Shown piece after piece: positions 25,279-35,237 of a stretch of 64,000 nt of DNA. Each line of letters starts with the position of its first letter. Within the stretch, counting starts at the first letter, position 1. This DNA comes from Spirochaetales bacterium. GTDB lineage: Bacteria; Spirochaetota; Spirochaetia; Sphaerochaetales; Sphaerochaetaceae. The notes under the pieces are model-generated. The model did no database searches and was not told the origin of the DNA. It was given only the letters and a program-made list of their open reading frames with translations. The stretch lies in NCBI GenBank assembly GCA_018433865.1, contig JAHDQJ010000002.1, positions 383,592 through 447,591 of the forward strand. The letters run 5' to 3'. The translations under genes were made by a program, and so were the position numbers.

Positions 25279-26546
25279 GATTCGTCGGAAAGTGCATCCA
25301 CCTGTTCGATGAATCGGATCGCTATCGAAAGGGTTTGCTCGACTGCCATCGGGTCGATCGCCTCAGGAAGGTCATCGGGGGTATGGTATACATTCGATCG
25401 TTGCCGGTTGTCCCACGGCATTGCCATGAGGCTCACCGCTTCATGACCCGCACGCGCGGCTTCGGCAGCATCGGTCCCGCCGGTCAGGAATGCGATGGGT
25501 TGGCTGAAGGCTTGGTATCCCATGGATTTCGCGATTCCGACACACTTGGTCGCCATCTCCTGGGAGAGCTTGATGCTTCCATTGATATCGCTCGTGAGGA
25601 AGAACATGTCCTTCGCCTGATATGGGCAATCGACGTTGAAGTTCCACACCTTGCCCTGCAACACCGTCTCATCCCCAGCGTGTCTCCTGTAGAACTCGCG
25701 TGCACCTCGCAAGCCTGCTTCCTCGGCGTCGAACGAGGCGAGCACGACCCGCGTGTGCTGCAGCGGAATCCCCTGTTCGCTGTTGTTCCTGAAATACCGG
25801 GCGATCTGGACGGCCATCGCCGATGAGATCAGGTTGTCACCTGCTCCCGGAGTCCCCTCTTTCGATGCGAAGTTCCACAGCTTCCATACCATCGGAACCG
25901 CGACGGTCAACAGGGTCAGGATCACGATGTAGCCTACGGAAGGAAGTTGTACCGTGAACGGAGCACCGCCGATGATGGAGGTGATCGTCTGCACGAGGCT
26001 GAGAAACATCAATGCCACATAGGAGCCCAAGCCGGAGCCTACGCGCATCAGATACAGATGGGGTTTTTCCGTATAGAAGTTGAAGATACGGGCACTGTCA
26101 TGATGACCGCTGAACACTACCGTCCGCTTTACAGCTCCTGCCGGTTCCACCACGCCGAAGACATTCACTCCTTCCACCTTCGGATACAGGCGATCGATGG
26201 TCTCACGATAGAGGAAGAACTCCGCCGTCATGATCGCCGCTCCGGCACTCATGAGCAGAAGTGAGATGACCGGGAGGGAAATCCACGAGAAAAACAGGCT
26301 GATCGGATACAGGATCACGAGGATCCTGATCCAACCGAGGAACGCATCGGGATGTACGTCGAAACTCTCGGTGGCGACCCGGTCGCAATGACTCTCCAAT
26401 GCTTCTTGCAGTTCCTGTGCTGTCTTCTTGCAGGACTCGCTACCGGTGAGCCGGCTACCGTGCCGTTCCACCAACTCAGACACCATCTGCAGTGCCTGCT
26501 TTGCCATTCGTGCACCTTGCAGTTTTTCCATCCGTATCTTGCTCAT
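25275..26546 (-). CDS. M28 family metallopeptidase with TM segments
   Basis: VVFSGHHDS, GAGDNLISSAM and ASFDAEEAGLRGAREF motifs. Start at MSKIRMEK (GGGGAGG SD). Confidence 0.7.
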   Translation of the reverse strand: MSKIRMEKLQGARMAKQALQMVSELVERHGSRLTGSESCKKTAQELQEALESHCDRVATESFDVHPDAFLGWIRILVILYPISLFFSWISLPVISLLLMSAGAAIMTAEFFLYRETIDRLYPKVEGVNVFGVVEPAGAVKRTVVFSGHHDSARIFNFYTEKPHLYLMRVGSGLGSYVALMFLSLVQTITSIIGGAPFTVQLPSVGYIVILTLLTVAVPMVWKLWNFASKEGTPGAGDNLISSAMAVQIARYFRNNSEQGIPLQHTRVVLASFDAEEAGLRGAREFYRRHAGDETVLQGKVWNFNVDCPYQAKDMFFLTSDINGSIKLSQEMATKCVGIAKSMGYQAFSQPIAFLTGGTDAAEAARAGHEAVSLMAMPWDNRQRSNVYHTPDDLPEAIDPMAVEQTLSIAIRFIEQVDALSDES

Positions 26547-26632
26547 GGGACACCTCCCCATCATCATGGGCATAGCGATTGATCATGTCAAGTTTCCTCC
26601 AGAGAGGCGCTTTTCTCCATTTGCCGGTTTAC

Positions 26633-26661
26633 TTGACAAAGAGGGAGGCCATCAGTATAGT
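26633..26661 (+). promoter_or_regulatory. Promoter of the tRNA / SRP RNA cluster
   Basis: TTGACA, a 17-nt spacer, then TATAGT. The -10 ends 13 nt before the first tRNA. Confidence 0.65.
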
Positions 26662-26674
26662 GGAAATCCTGATT

Positions 26675-26759
26675 GGAGAGATGTCCGAGCGGTCGAAGGA
26701 GGCGGTCTTGAAAACCGTTGAGGCGCAAGTCTCCGGGGGTTCGAATCCCTCTCTCTCCG
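26675..26759 (+). tRNA. tRNA-Ser (anticodon TGA)
   Basis: Hand-folded. Acceptor ggagaga/tctctcc, anticodon loop cTTGAaa, long variable arm, T-loop ggttcgaatcc. Confidence 0.85.
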
Positions 26760-26809
26760 CTAGAGAATTTTTCCGATCAGGTGCTCAGTCTACCTGTCGG
26801 TAGCTCCCT

Positions 26810-26896
<87 letters not shown>

Positions 26897-26928
26897 TTTT
26901 TTTGGTTTTTTGACACGCGTATTTTTTT

Positions 26929-27002
26929 GTAGCCATAGCTCAGCTGGATAGAGCATCAGATTGCGGATCTGGAGGTCGGAGGTTCGAATCCTCTTGGCTA
27001 CA
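26929..27002 (+). tRNA. tRNA-Arg (anticodon GCG)
   Basis: Acceptor gtagcca/tggctac. D- and T-arms nearly identical to E. coli tRNA-Arg(ACG) as I recall it. Anticodon loop ttGCGga. Confidence 0.75.
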
Positions 27003-27020
27003 TACGGCGAATACCCGCCT

Positions 27021-27108
27021 GGAGAGATGTCCGAGTGGTCGAAGGAGACGGACTCGAAATCCGTTGTACCGTCTGACGGTACCGAGGGTTCGAATCCCTC
27101 TCTCTCCG
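27021..27108 (+). tRNA. tRNA-Ser (anticodon CGA)
   Basis: Anticodon stem acgga/tccgt, loop ctCGAaa, long variable arm. Confidence 0.85.
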
Positions 27109-27133
27109 ATTTGTTTTTTTTTGCATTGACCTT

Positions 27134-27221
27134 GGAGAGATGTCCGAGTGGTCGAAGGTGCACCCTTGGAAGGGGTGTGAGCTCTAACCGGGCTCCGAGG
27201 GTTCGAATCCCTCTCTCTCCG
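27134..27221 (+). tRNA. tRNA-Ser (anticodon GGA)
   Basis: Anticodon stem caccc/gggtg, loop ttGGAag, long variable arm. Confidence 0.85.
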
Positions 27222-27228
27222 TAATGTT

Positions 27229-27351
27229 CCCCCTTGGTGTTGATGGTAGATTCTGTGCTATCGCTCTTCGCCCAACCCCGTCAGGACCGGAAGGTAGCAG
27301 CGGTAAGCGATTGAACGATGAGCCACAGGCGATGTATCGGAGCCAGGGGGG
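27229..27351 (+). ncRNA. ffs: Signal recognition particle RNA (small 4.5S type)
   Basis: Conserved domain IV core GTCAGGACCGGAAGGTAGCAGC. 5' ccccttggt pairs with 3' agccaggggg. T5 follows at 27352-27356. Confidence 0.8.
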
Positions 27352-27412
27352 TTTTTCATGTCGGCAGGCCCGTGGTATAGTCAACCTATCCCGATCGGAC
27401 ACTGGAGCGGCA

Positions 27413-29074
27413 ATGGCATATGAAGTGACTGCTACACGGAAACGTCCCCAACTCTTCGACAACCTGGTCGGTCAGCAGTTCGTGGTCTCGACGATCAAGA
27501 ACGCGATCGAACAGGGAAGAACCGCACATGCATACCTCTTCAGCGGTCCGCGTGGCGTTGGAAAGACCTCCTCCGCCCGGATACTCGCGAAAGCGCTCAA
27601 CTGCGAACAGGGGCCTACGCCCTATCCGTGCGGAGTCTGTTCGAATTGCCGGGAGATCACCGCGGGCAATTGTACCGATGTGATCGAGATCGACGGTGCG
27701 AGCAACACCTCGGTGAACGACATCCGTGTCATCAAGGACGAGGTCCTCTTCCCTCCCACCACCTGCCGGTACAAGATCTATATCATCGATGAAGTGCACA
27801 TGCTTTCCACCAGTGCCTTCAATGCACTGTTGAAGACCATCGAGGAACCGCCGGAGTATGTCATCTTCATCTTTGCCACGACAGAGACCCAGAAAGTTCC
27901 CGCGACCATCCGGAGTCGCTGCCAACAGTTCCACTTCCAGCTGATTCCGCTCGATACGATCAAGACAGTCCTCGCCGACACCGCCCGGGAAATGGGAATA
28001 CCTGCCGAGGATGAGGCGCTCTTCTGGATCGCGAAGGAGTCTACCGGTTCCATGCGCGACGCATACACGCTCTTCGACCAGGTCGTCTCTTTCAGCAGCG
28101 GGAACATCACGATGGAGCAGATCGAGATGAAACTCGGTCTCGCGGGCTTGGACAAGATCTCCGCGATCATCGGATCGGTGGCACACGAACAACCTGAACA
28201 GGCATTGCAGGCGCTTGGGACATTGCTCGACTCGGGCATCTCGGTCGAACAGTGCATCAAGGACCTCGCGCAGTACATGCGCAACCTCCTGCTGATCAAC
28301 CGTGGCATAGTGCAGGAGTCGACGCTCGGCATCCAGGCGTCCCAGATCCCGCAGGAGATCCGGGAAGCCTATACCGACGAACAGCTCGAGGCTGCCCTGG
28401 AGCTCTTCTTGCGACTCTATCGCGACATCAGGTTTTCCCTCAGCCCCAGGTTTGAGCTCGAGCTGGCGATCAGCAAGCTGACAGGCCTGCGATACATGGC
28501 CTCCTCCGTTACCTTGGTACGGAAGATGGAACAGCTCAAGGAACAGCTGCTCAGCGGCGACATCACCCCGACTATCCGGAACATCCCGATCCAAGCCACC
28601 AAGACGATACCGCAAAAAGCTCCTGAGAAGCCTGTTTCCCCTCCTGTACCCGTAGAACAGGATATCATTGAAGAGAAGCCGGCTGTGGTAGCGCCTAAGA
28701 TCGTACCGGAGCGCCCGCCCGTGATCGCGCCGCCGGGAAAGGAGATCACGAAGGACCTGCTTCCCGAGCTGATCCAACAACTCGCCGCGGAGCGGGACCC
28801 GGTGGGAATCGTACTCAGCCAGGTGATCGACGTGACGCAAGACAGCACGGGGGTGCACTTCATCTTCGCCTCGAAGTATGCGATGGATACCGCCAAGCAG
28901 AACGGCGAGCGGCTTCGCAATCTGGTGGCACGCCACACCGGGTACGACGGCCCCATGAGCTTCGAGCGGATCCAAGAGGCGGAGAAGGAACCGAAGGCAG
29001 AGAAACGTTCGACTGACGAGCTGGCACAATCCATCGCCTCGATGTTCAGGGGCGAGGTGCTGCAATCACCATGA
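27413..29074 (+). CDS. dnaX: DNA polymerase III subunit gamma/tau
   Basis: Start MAYEV (GGAG SD). GPRGVGKTS, the CGVCSNC zinc module and IIDEVHML. The longer ORF from 27224 overlaps the SRP RNA. Confidence 0.9.
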   Translation: MAYEVTATRKRPQLFDNLVGQQFVVSTIKNAIEQGRTAHAYLFSGPRGVGKTSSARILAKALNCEQGPTPYPCGVCSNCREITAGNCTDVIEIDGASNTSVNDIRVIKDEVLFPPTTCRYKIYIIDEVHMLSTSAFNALLKTIEEPPEYVIFIFATTETQKVPATIRSRCQQFHFQLIPLDTIKTVLADTAREMGIPAEDEALFWIAKESTGSMRDAYTLFDQVVSFSSGNITMEQIEMKLGLAGLDKISAIIGSVAHEQPEQALQALGTLLDSGISVEQCIKDLAQYMRNLLLINRGIVQESTLGIQASQIPQEIREAYTDEQLEAALELFLRLYRDIRFSLSPRFELELAISKLTGLRYMASSVTLVRKMEQLKEQLLSGDITPTIRNIPIQATKTIPQKAPEKPVSPPVPVEQDIIEEKPAVVAPKIVPERPPVIAPPGKEITKDLLPELIQQLAAERDPVGIVLSQVIDVTQDSTGVHFIFASKYAMDTAKQNGERLRNLVARHTGYDGPMSFERIQEAEKEPKAEKRSTDELAQSIASMFRGEVLQSP

Positions 29075-29085
29075 CCGGAGGAAAG

Positions 29086-29382
29086 ATGAACCCGTTCGAC
29101 TTGATGAAGAACATGCAGAACATACAGGCCCAGATGCAACAGATGCAATCGAAGCTGGAGCACATGCGCGCGAGCGGAAGTGCCGGCGCGGGGATGGTCG
29201 AGGTGACCGTGAATGGGAAGATGGAGGTCCAATCCATCCATATCGCACAGGAGATCGTCGATCCCTCCGATGTCAGCACCCTTGAGGTCCTGGTCGCATC
29301 CGCATTCAACGCGGCGGTCAAGGACGTGCAGGAACGCTTGAAATCGGAAGCGATGTCACTGACAGGCGGCATGCACGTATGA
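29086..29382 (+). CDS. ybaB: YbaB/EbfC nucleoid-associated protein
   Basis: MNPFDLMKNMQNIQAQMQQMQSKLE...VEVTVNG. GGAGGAAAG SD before ATG 29086. ATG 29071 is an alternative start. Confidence 0.85.
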   Translation: MNPFDLMKNMQNIQAQMQQMQSKLEHMRASGSAGAGMVEVTVNGKMEVQSIHIAQEIVDPSDVSTLEVLVASAFNAAVKDVQERLKSEAMSLTGGMHV

Positions 29383-29972
29383 CCAGCCTGGAACAACTGG
29401 CAAAGCAGCTCACCCGCTTGCCTGGCATCGGGCCGAAGAGCGCCTCCCGCCTGGCATACCACCTGATCAAGAGCGACCCGCAGTACAACAAGCAACTGGC
29501 AGAATTGATCGCATCCATACAGGATCTCGTGTTCCCCTGCCCCATCTGCGGCAGCTTCACCGAGACCGATCCCTGTCCCGTCTGTGCCGATCCCAACCGT
29601 GACCGGAGTGTGTTGTGCGTGGTCGAACAGCCACAGGATGTGGTGACGATCGCAGCGAGCGGAGCCTACGACGGGCTCTTCCATGTCCTTGGTGGAGCAC
29701 TCTCCCCGCTAGAGGGGATCGGTCCCGACAAGCTCGATTTCGCCCGGTTGTTGCAGAGGATCGAGAAGGAATCGTTTCATGAGGTGATCATTGCCACGAA
29801 CCCTACCGAAGAGGGTGATACGACGGCGATGTACCTGAGGCACTTGCTGAAAGGAAAGAAACTGACGATCTCTCGACTCGCATCGGGCCTTCCTATCGGC
29901 GGGGATCTTGAGTATGCGGACAGACTTACATTGGCACGGTCACTCAGGGGACGGGTAGACTTCGCCGACTGA
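29379..29972 (+). CDS. recR: Recombination protein RecR
   Basis: LPGIGPKSASRLAYHL, the C4 zinc finger CPICGSFTETDPCPVC, and a Toprim domain. Confidence 0.92.
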   Translation: MTSLEQLAKQLTRLPGIGPKSASRLAYHLIKSDPQYNKQLAELIASIQDLVFPCPICGSFTETDPCPVCADPNRDRSVLCVVEQPQDVVTIAASGAYDGLFHVLGGALSPLEGIGPDKLDFARLLQRIEKESFHEVIIATNPTEEGDTTAMYLRHLLKGKKLTISRLASGLPIGGDLEYADRLTLARSLRGRVDFAD

Positions 29973-29977
29973 GACCG

Positions 29978-30763
29978 TCAGACGATGTTCCGTTCCTTGC
30001 GAATGGTGTCGTATGCCTCTTGGATCGAGCGAAATTTCTCGGTCGCAAAGGTAGTGAACTCTTCGGGAAGTCCTTTCGAAGCGACGGTGTCGGGGTGGAA
30101 CTCGATGCTCAGCTTGCGGTAGGCCTTCTTGATCTCCTCGACTGTCGCATCCTTCTGCAACCCCAGTACCGCATAGGCTTTCGCCGAGCTGACGACCATG
30201 GATCCGTACCGCTGCTTGATGGAAGCCAACAGGGGATCGGAGATCCTGAAGATCCGTGCAGCGCTCGAGACCAGCCGTTCCTCCGCCTCGTTCACACTAC
30301 CGTCGGCGATAGCTACGCGTATGAGGATGTCGATCATGAGTTCGAGCAACGCCGGCTCGTGTGCGAAATTCTGGTAAAACTGGGTTGCGAACTGCTCGAA
30401 CGTTCCACCACCGGTCAATGCGGCATGGAACACGCGCAGGGCGGCTTGCCTGCCCTGGGGATCGAGTTTCAGGTCACGTTGGATGAACTCCTCAACCTTC
30501 TGCTGCTCCTCGGGAACCATCCGCCCATCTGCGGTGGCCATCCTTGCAAGCATGGAGAAGGCCCCCACGAAGAAGACCATCTGGGACTGTTGCTCAGTCG
30601 AAAGCCGCGAACCCTGTACAAACGGGTCAGGACCCTCTTGGTTCGTGGAGAATTGGCCTGCCCTGTCGAAGAGGTTTCCAAAGGCGATTCCTGCAATCAT
30701 GCCCAAGGGTCCGCCGATTGCAAGACCCATCGCACCTCCGATCAGTTTTCCTATCCAACCCAT
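29978..30763 (-). CDS. DjlA-like co-chaperone (TerB-like domain plus C-terminal J domain)
   Basis: Gly-rich membrane N-terminus, TerB-like middle, and [29 protein letters not shown] (J domain HPD). Confidence 0.7.
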   Translation of the reverse strand: MGWIGKLIGGAMGLAIGGPLGMIAGIAFGNLFDRAGQFSTNQEGPDPFVQGSRLSTEQQSQMVFFVGAFSMLARMATADGRMVPEEQQKVEEFIQRDLKLDPQGRQAALRVFHAALTGGGTFEQFATQFYQNFAHEPALLELMIDILIRVAIADGSVNEAEERLVSSAARIFRISDPLLASIKQRYGSMVVSSAKAYAVLGLQKDATVEEIKKAYRKLSIEFHPDTVASKGLPEEFTTFATEKFRSIQEAYDTIRKERNIV

Positions 30764-30771
30764 GTGAGTTC

Positions 30772-32199
30772 CTACAGTTTGTCGATCAGCATCGAGCATT
30801 TGCCCGAAGGAATCGGAAGTGTTTTCTTCTTCTTGTCAGCGAGTATCTCGATCGTGAAGTAGTAGAGCTTCTCCGACTCGAGCCTGATCTCCCAACCTCT
30901 CGGCTGCTTGTTGCTGAGGATCGTGATCATGTTCCGCTTCAAGGAGAGCCCCTCGATACCCATCGCCTCCATCGTCGTCATCGTCCAGTCGACCGTCTTC
31001 CTGGGAAGCGAGATGACCAGCCCGATGATATCCTCGATCATCAGTGTGATGGTGATCACGCCGACCATGGGGAGGAATCGTCTTCTCGGGAAATCGGGAA
31101 GGTCTCCGGCTTGCGAAGGTCCTTCCTTCATCGGCAGGTACGCTTCCCAGATATCACCGGTCTCCTCCCCATCGGGATGGAGCGTGTCGAGAATGAAGTA
31201 GAGATGCCGGATCGCACACTCGCGCGCGAACTCGAACCTGCCGTACTGCTCAAGGCCCTTCACCACCATATAGGTGTTGAACGGAATGACACCGCCCCGG
31301 TATCCGTCACCTTTCTCCGAAAAATCGGGGGACGAAACGGGAATCGTCGGGAACGGGTTCTCGGTACCGAACATTTCGGGATCGGAAAGGTGGCCGATGA
31401 AGCCGTCCGCACGTTCTTCGTTCGGGATTTCGGCGAGCAAGGTCCAATAGGCACCGACATGCTTGCGCTTGACCTGCTTCTCCTTGATATCGAGATCATA
31501 GTAGAAGCGATCCTCGGGATCCCACATGAGGGAGTTGATCCTGGTCTTCAACGAGAAATAGAGCCGCTTGTATCGGAAGCTCAGCTCCTTGTCATTCAGG
31601 ATATCGCCGATCGCTGACAGATACAGTGCATTGACCGCAAGCTGTGCGTTGAAGTCGACAGGATAATACATCGGCTCCCTCGGAACGTTTCCGCTCATGC
31701 AAGCCGACAGAGGAACGGAATACAACCCATTCTCCCTGAGGAAATGCTCTTTCAGCCAATCGAAGTGACGCTCGAGTACGGGCACGATCTCCTTCAACCG
31801 CTTCTTGTTGCCGATCTTGTGGTAGAATCCGTGCTCGACATACGCGAAGATCGGAGGACAGACACCCTCAGGATTGTCCGGCGTAAGCACCGTCGATCCG
31901 TCCTCAACCGAGTAATCGCTGCGAATCGCACCCGACTCCTCCTGTTTTTCGTAAAAAAAGTCGAGCATCGGGAACGGGGAATAGTTCTGATTGCTATATA
32001 CGAGGAACAGCGCTGCCATGCAAGAATGGAGCTGATTGAAAGTTTTTTGCCCAGGGTAGCTGAGATAACCGCCTGAAAAGCCGTTATCCTTTGTCCCCTG
32101 GGTCCAATATTCGTCTATCCATACCCAAGTCCTGTCGTACATGTCGACGAAGTCCTGGTCATAAAAGTGTACCGACGGTACCATATCCTTGATCAACAC
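30772..32199 (-). CDS. (alpha/alpha)6-barrel glycoside hydrolase, GH63/MGH1/trehalase-like
   Basis: Patterns [14 protein letters not shown] and [21 protein letters not shown] resemble clan GH-G enzymes. Assigned from memory only. Confidence 0.55.
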   Translation of the reverse strand: MLIKDMVPSVHFYDQDFVDMYDRTWVWIDEYWTQGTKDNGFSGGYLSYPGQKTFNQLHSCMAALFLVYSNQNYSPFPMLDFFYEKQEESGAIRSDYSVEDGSTVLTPDNPEGVCPPIFAYVEHGFYHKIGNKKRLKEIVPVLERHFDWLKEHFLRENGLYSVPLSACMSGNVPREPMYYPVDFNAQLAVNALYLSAIGDILNDKELSFRYKRLYFSLKTRINSLMWDPEDRFYYDLDIKEKQVKRKHVGAYWTLLAEIPNEERADGFIGHLSDPEMFGTENPFPTIPVSSPDFSEKGDGYRGGVIPFNTYMVVKGLEQYGRFEFARECAIRHLYFILDTLHPDGEETGDIWEAYLPMKEGPSQAGDLPDFPRRRFLPMVGVITITLMIEDIIGLVISLPRKTVDWTMTTMEAMGIEGLSLKRNMITILSNKQPRGWEIRLESEKLYYFTIEILADKKKKTLPIPSGKCSMLIDKL

Positions 32200-32285
32200 A
32201 AACTCCTCGTAGGCTCAATCGGGAAAAATACAAAAACACGCACTGTAAACAATACACCGACAAGTCGCATTAGTCAAATTAATGA

Positions 32286-33242
32286 CTAACTTTTTCGGAT
32301 GAATTTCAATTGTCCGGGGAAAAGCTTCACCTTGATCGATCCGCACCCGCGGGAAACGGCCTCTCCGTCCGTATGGCACACCAGGGAATCCTCTTGGGCA
32401 GTCACGCTGACTTCGGTCGTCCTGAACATCGAGAACCGTTCGGTCTTCAGCTGGCTGCCGGAAAAGAAACGCACCGCGTAACGCAGGATCTGCGACCCCT
32501 TGATCGGCTTGTTCGCATACACGACATCGAGCAATCCGTCATCCAGCTCCGCCTGCGGTCCCATGATGAAGGTCGAGCCCATCCTCCGTCCGTTGCAAAT
32601 GGATATCTGCTGGGTATCGATCGTGATTTCTTCCTGATCCGTACGGATGCGGACACTGACCGGTTTCGGGTAGTGGATCATGATCTTGAGAAATCCCAAC
32701 AGATAGCTCAGCATTCCGCTCACCCGCTTGAACTCTGAGGCGACGAAATTCACCAATGGCTCGAATCCGATGCCGACGCCGTTCACGAAACACCGGCCTT
32801 CGGGGAAACGGCCGCCGAACAGCTCTCCGTAATCAATCGCATCCCATTTGCCGCCCGCGATCAATGAGCAGGCCTCACCAACGTCCTTGGGAACCTTCGC
32901 GAACCAGGCGAAGTCATTGCCTCTTCCGATGGGAATCAACCCTACCACGGGAGAGTCCTCGAACGAAAGTCCCAGTTGCCTTGAGGCCCTGACCACTCCG
33001 TCGACCACCTCATTGACCGTACCGTCTCCGCCGGCGGCGATGATGGTCCGTGATCCGGCAAGAACTGCCTCCCGTGCGAGCTCGATCGCATCGAACGGGC
33101 GCTCGGTCAGCACCATCCGGCACGCTATCCGGCGTTCCGAGAAGTATCGTTCTATCGCATCACGTTGGGAGAGGGCCCTCCCTTTCGCCGCGTTCGGATT
33201 CAACACTATGAAGACTTCATTACTCTGCGCAAGCTGGGGCAT
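32286..33242 (-). CDS. Diacylglycerol/lipid kinase family protein (YegS/BmrU-like)
   Basis: FIVLNPNAAKG, AAGGDGTVNEV and PIGRGNDFA. Confidence 0.8.
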   Translation of the reverse strand: MPQLAQSNEVFIVLNPNAAKGRALSQRDAIERYFSERRIACRMVLTERPFDAIELAREAVLAGSRTIIAAGGDGTVNEVVDGVVRASRQLGLSFEDSPVVGLIPIGRGNDFAWFAKVPKDVGEACSLIAGGKWDAIDYGELFGGRFPEGRCFVNGVGIGFEPLVNFVASEFKRVSGMLSYLLGFLKIMIHYPKPVSVRIRTDQEEITIDTQQISICNGRRMGSTFIMGPQAELDDGLLDVVYANKPIKGSQILRYAVRFFSGSQLKTERFSMFRTTEVSVTAQEDSLVCHTDGEAVSRGCGSIKVKLFPGQLKFIRKS

Positions 33243-33326
33243 GGGCGGTTCCTTAGGGTGGAATGGCATTCAAGCGCGTATGATATCCTATTTACACTCA
33301 GTTTTCAATCCAATATAGTACTTTGC

Positions 33327-35237
33327 ATGAATGGAGAGAGACCGTTTCTCCCACTTGGACGCTCCGAAATGGAGCAGAGAGGATGGGACGCCGTAGACAT
33401 CGTCTTCGTATCGGGAGACGCCTATGTTGACCATCCATCCTTCGGCCCTGCGCTGCTCGGGCGTCTCATGGAGTCGCATGGGTTTCGTGTCGGCATCGTC
33501 GCACAGCCGCGTTGGGACCGGACCGACGACTTCCTCGTCTTCGGCTTGCCCCGGCTCTGCTGCATGGTCTCCTCGGGGAACATCGACTCGATGGTCAGCC
33601 GCTATACGGCAAACAACAAGGTGAGGAACGATGATCCCTACTCCCCGGGAGGCATCGGAGGCAAGCGCCCCGACAGGGCGCTCATCAGCTATACCGCGAG
33701 AGCCCGCCAGGCGTTCGGCAAGGAGACTCCGATCATCATCGGAGGACTCGAAGCCTCGCTGAGACGATTTGCACAGTACGATTTCTGGAGTGACAAGGTG
33801 CGCAGGAGCATCCTTTTGGACGCAAAGGCAGACCTGCTCGTCTACGGAATGGGTGAGCTGCAGACCCTCGAGATCCTCTCTCGGTTGCGAAAAGGCACCC
33901 CCATCGGTGAGATCACGGACATCCCGGGAACTGCCATCAACATCTCCTCGAAAGATGAAGGGAAGCTCCTCGCGACTCGCGAGGGATGGGAACCCATCTG
34001 GCTGCCCTCCTTCGAGGAGGTCTCGGACCGTGACCGGAAAAGCAATACCCCCACACCACAGAGCCTGCAGGCCTATGCCTCCTCGGTGCAACAGCAGCTG
34101 CTCCATGAGAACCCCTTCGAACGGGCCGTGCTCGCACAAAGAAGTGCAGACCGGACGATACTCGTCAATCCACCCATGCGACCGCTTACCCAAGAGGAGT
34201 TCGATGCAGTACAGGAACTTCCCTATGCCAGAAGGTGGCACCCCTCCTATGACCAGTCGGGAGGAATCCCCGCCCTTGCTGAGGTCCAGTTCAGCATCAC
34301 GAGCAACCGCGGGTGCTTCGGATCCTGTTCGTTCTGTGCGATCACCAGTCACCAAGGACGCATGATCACCAATCGTTCGATAGCCTCATTGCAACATGAG
34401 ACCAAAGAAATCACCTCTTTGGCTAACTTCAAGGGCTACATTCATGATGTCGGGGGGCCGACCGCAAACTTTCAGGACACTGCTTGCGAGCGACAGAGGA
34501 GCGTCGGTCCTTGCCAGAGGAAACTCTGTCTTTGGCCTGAGCCCTGCGCAAAGCTGCGTGATTCGCACCCCGCATATATCGAGCGGCTTGAGGCGATAGA
34601 GCGAATGCCGAAAGTGAAGAAAGTCTTCATCCGTTCCGGCATCCGCTATGATTATCTTATGGCAACCGGAACCGCGGAGAGCCGGGCCAGGTTCCTTGAT
34701 CGATTGGCTTCGCGACATACGAGCGGCCAGCTCAGGGTCGCTCCCGAGCACATGGATCCGACGGCCCTGCATGCGATGGGAAAACCGAAGGTAGAGCTCT
34801 ACGAGCAATTCATCGACGACTTCCTCGAGGCCTCCGGAAGGGCGGGCAAGGAACAGTACTGCATACCGTACTTCATCGCCGCCCACCCGGGAACGACACT
34901 CGAGGCTGCAGTCGCCCTGGCCGAATATCTGTTCAGGAGCAAGTTCATCCCCGAGCAGGTACAGGAGTTCTACCCGACACCCGGAACCGTGGCCACGTGC
35001 ATGTACTTCACCGGACTCGATCCGCGGCCAGGCATGGGATTCGCTGCGGTCCATGTCCCGAAGGGAAGGGAGCGCCACATGCAACGCGCGCTCTTGCACT
35101 ACCACAAACCGGAACATGCCCCGTTGGTCCGGGAGGCTCTGCTGCGTACGGGAAGGAAGGATCTGCTTCCTCTATTGCTCAGGCCATCGGCCGACAGGTT
35201 GCCACGAACCGGCAAACGTGGTACAGCTCGATCATGA
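33327..35237 (+). CDS. ygiQ: YgiQ family radical SAM protein
   Basis: FVSGDAYVDHPSFG N-terminal domain and SNRGCFGSCSFCAI (CxxxCxxC). Confidence 0.8.
   Translation: MNGERPFLPLGRSEMEQRGWDAVDIVFVSGDAYVDHPSFGPALLGRLMESHGFRVGIVAQPRWDRTDDFLVFGLPRLCCMVSSGNIDSMVSRYTANNKVRNDDPYSPGGIGGKRPDRALISYTARARQAFGKETPIIIGGLEASLRRFAQYDFWSDKVRRSILLDAKADLLVYGMGELQTLEILSRLRKGTPIGEITDIPGTAINISSKDEGKLLATREGWEPIWLPSFEEVSDRDRKSNTPTPQSLQAYASSVQQQLLHENPFERAVLAQRSADRTILVNPPMRPLTQEEFDAVQELPYARRWHPSYDQSGGIPALAEVQFSITSNRGCFGSCSFCAITSHQGRMITNRSIASLQHETKEITSLANFKGYIHDVGGPTANFQDTACERQRSVGPCQRKLCLWPEPCAKLRDSHPAYIERLEAIERMPKVKKVFIRSGIRYDYLMATGTAESRARFLDRLASRHTSGQLRVAPEHMDPTALHAMGKPKVELYEQFIDDFLEASGRAGKEQYCIPYFIAAHPGTTLEAAVALAEYLFRSKFIPEQVQEFYPTPGTVATCMYFTGLDPRPGMGFAAVHVPKGRERHMQRALLHYHKPEHAPLVREALLRTGRKDLLPLLLRPSADRLPRTGKRGTARS

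Noticed and set aside
28605-28625. Possible dnaX programmed -1 frameshift site (gamma/tau)
   Set aside because: The only A-run reads CAA AAA GCT in frame. There is no A AAA AAG heptamer and no obvious downstream stem. No evidence for frameshifting.
27386-29065. 559-aa minus-strand ORF
   Set aside because: It is the antisense shadow of dnaX. Similar shadows opposite gyrA, gyrB, dnaA, yidC, metK and the ABC ATPase (for example 16502-18019, 48786-49898, 51747-52799, 60036-61526) were rejected for the same reason.
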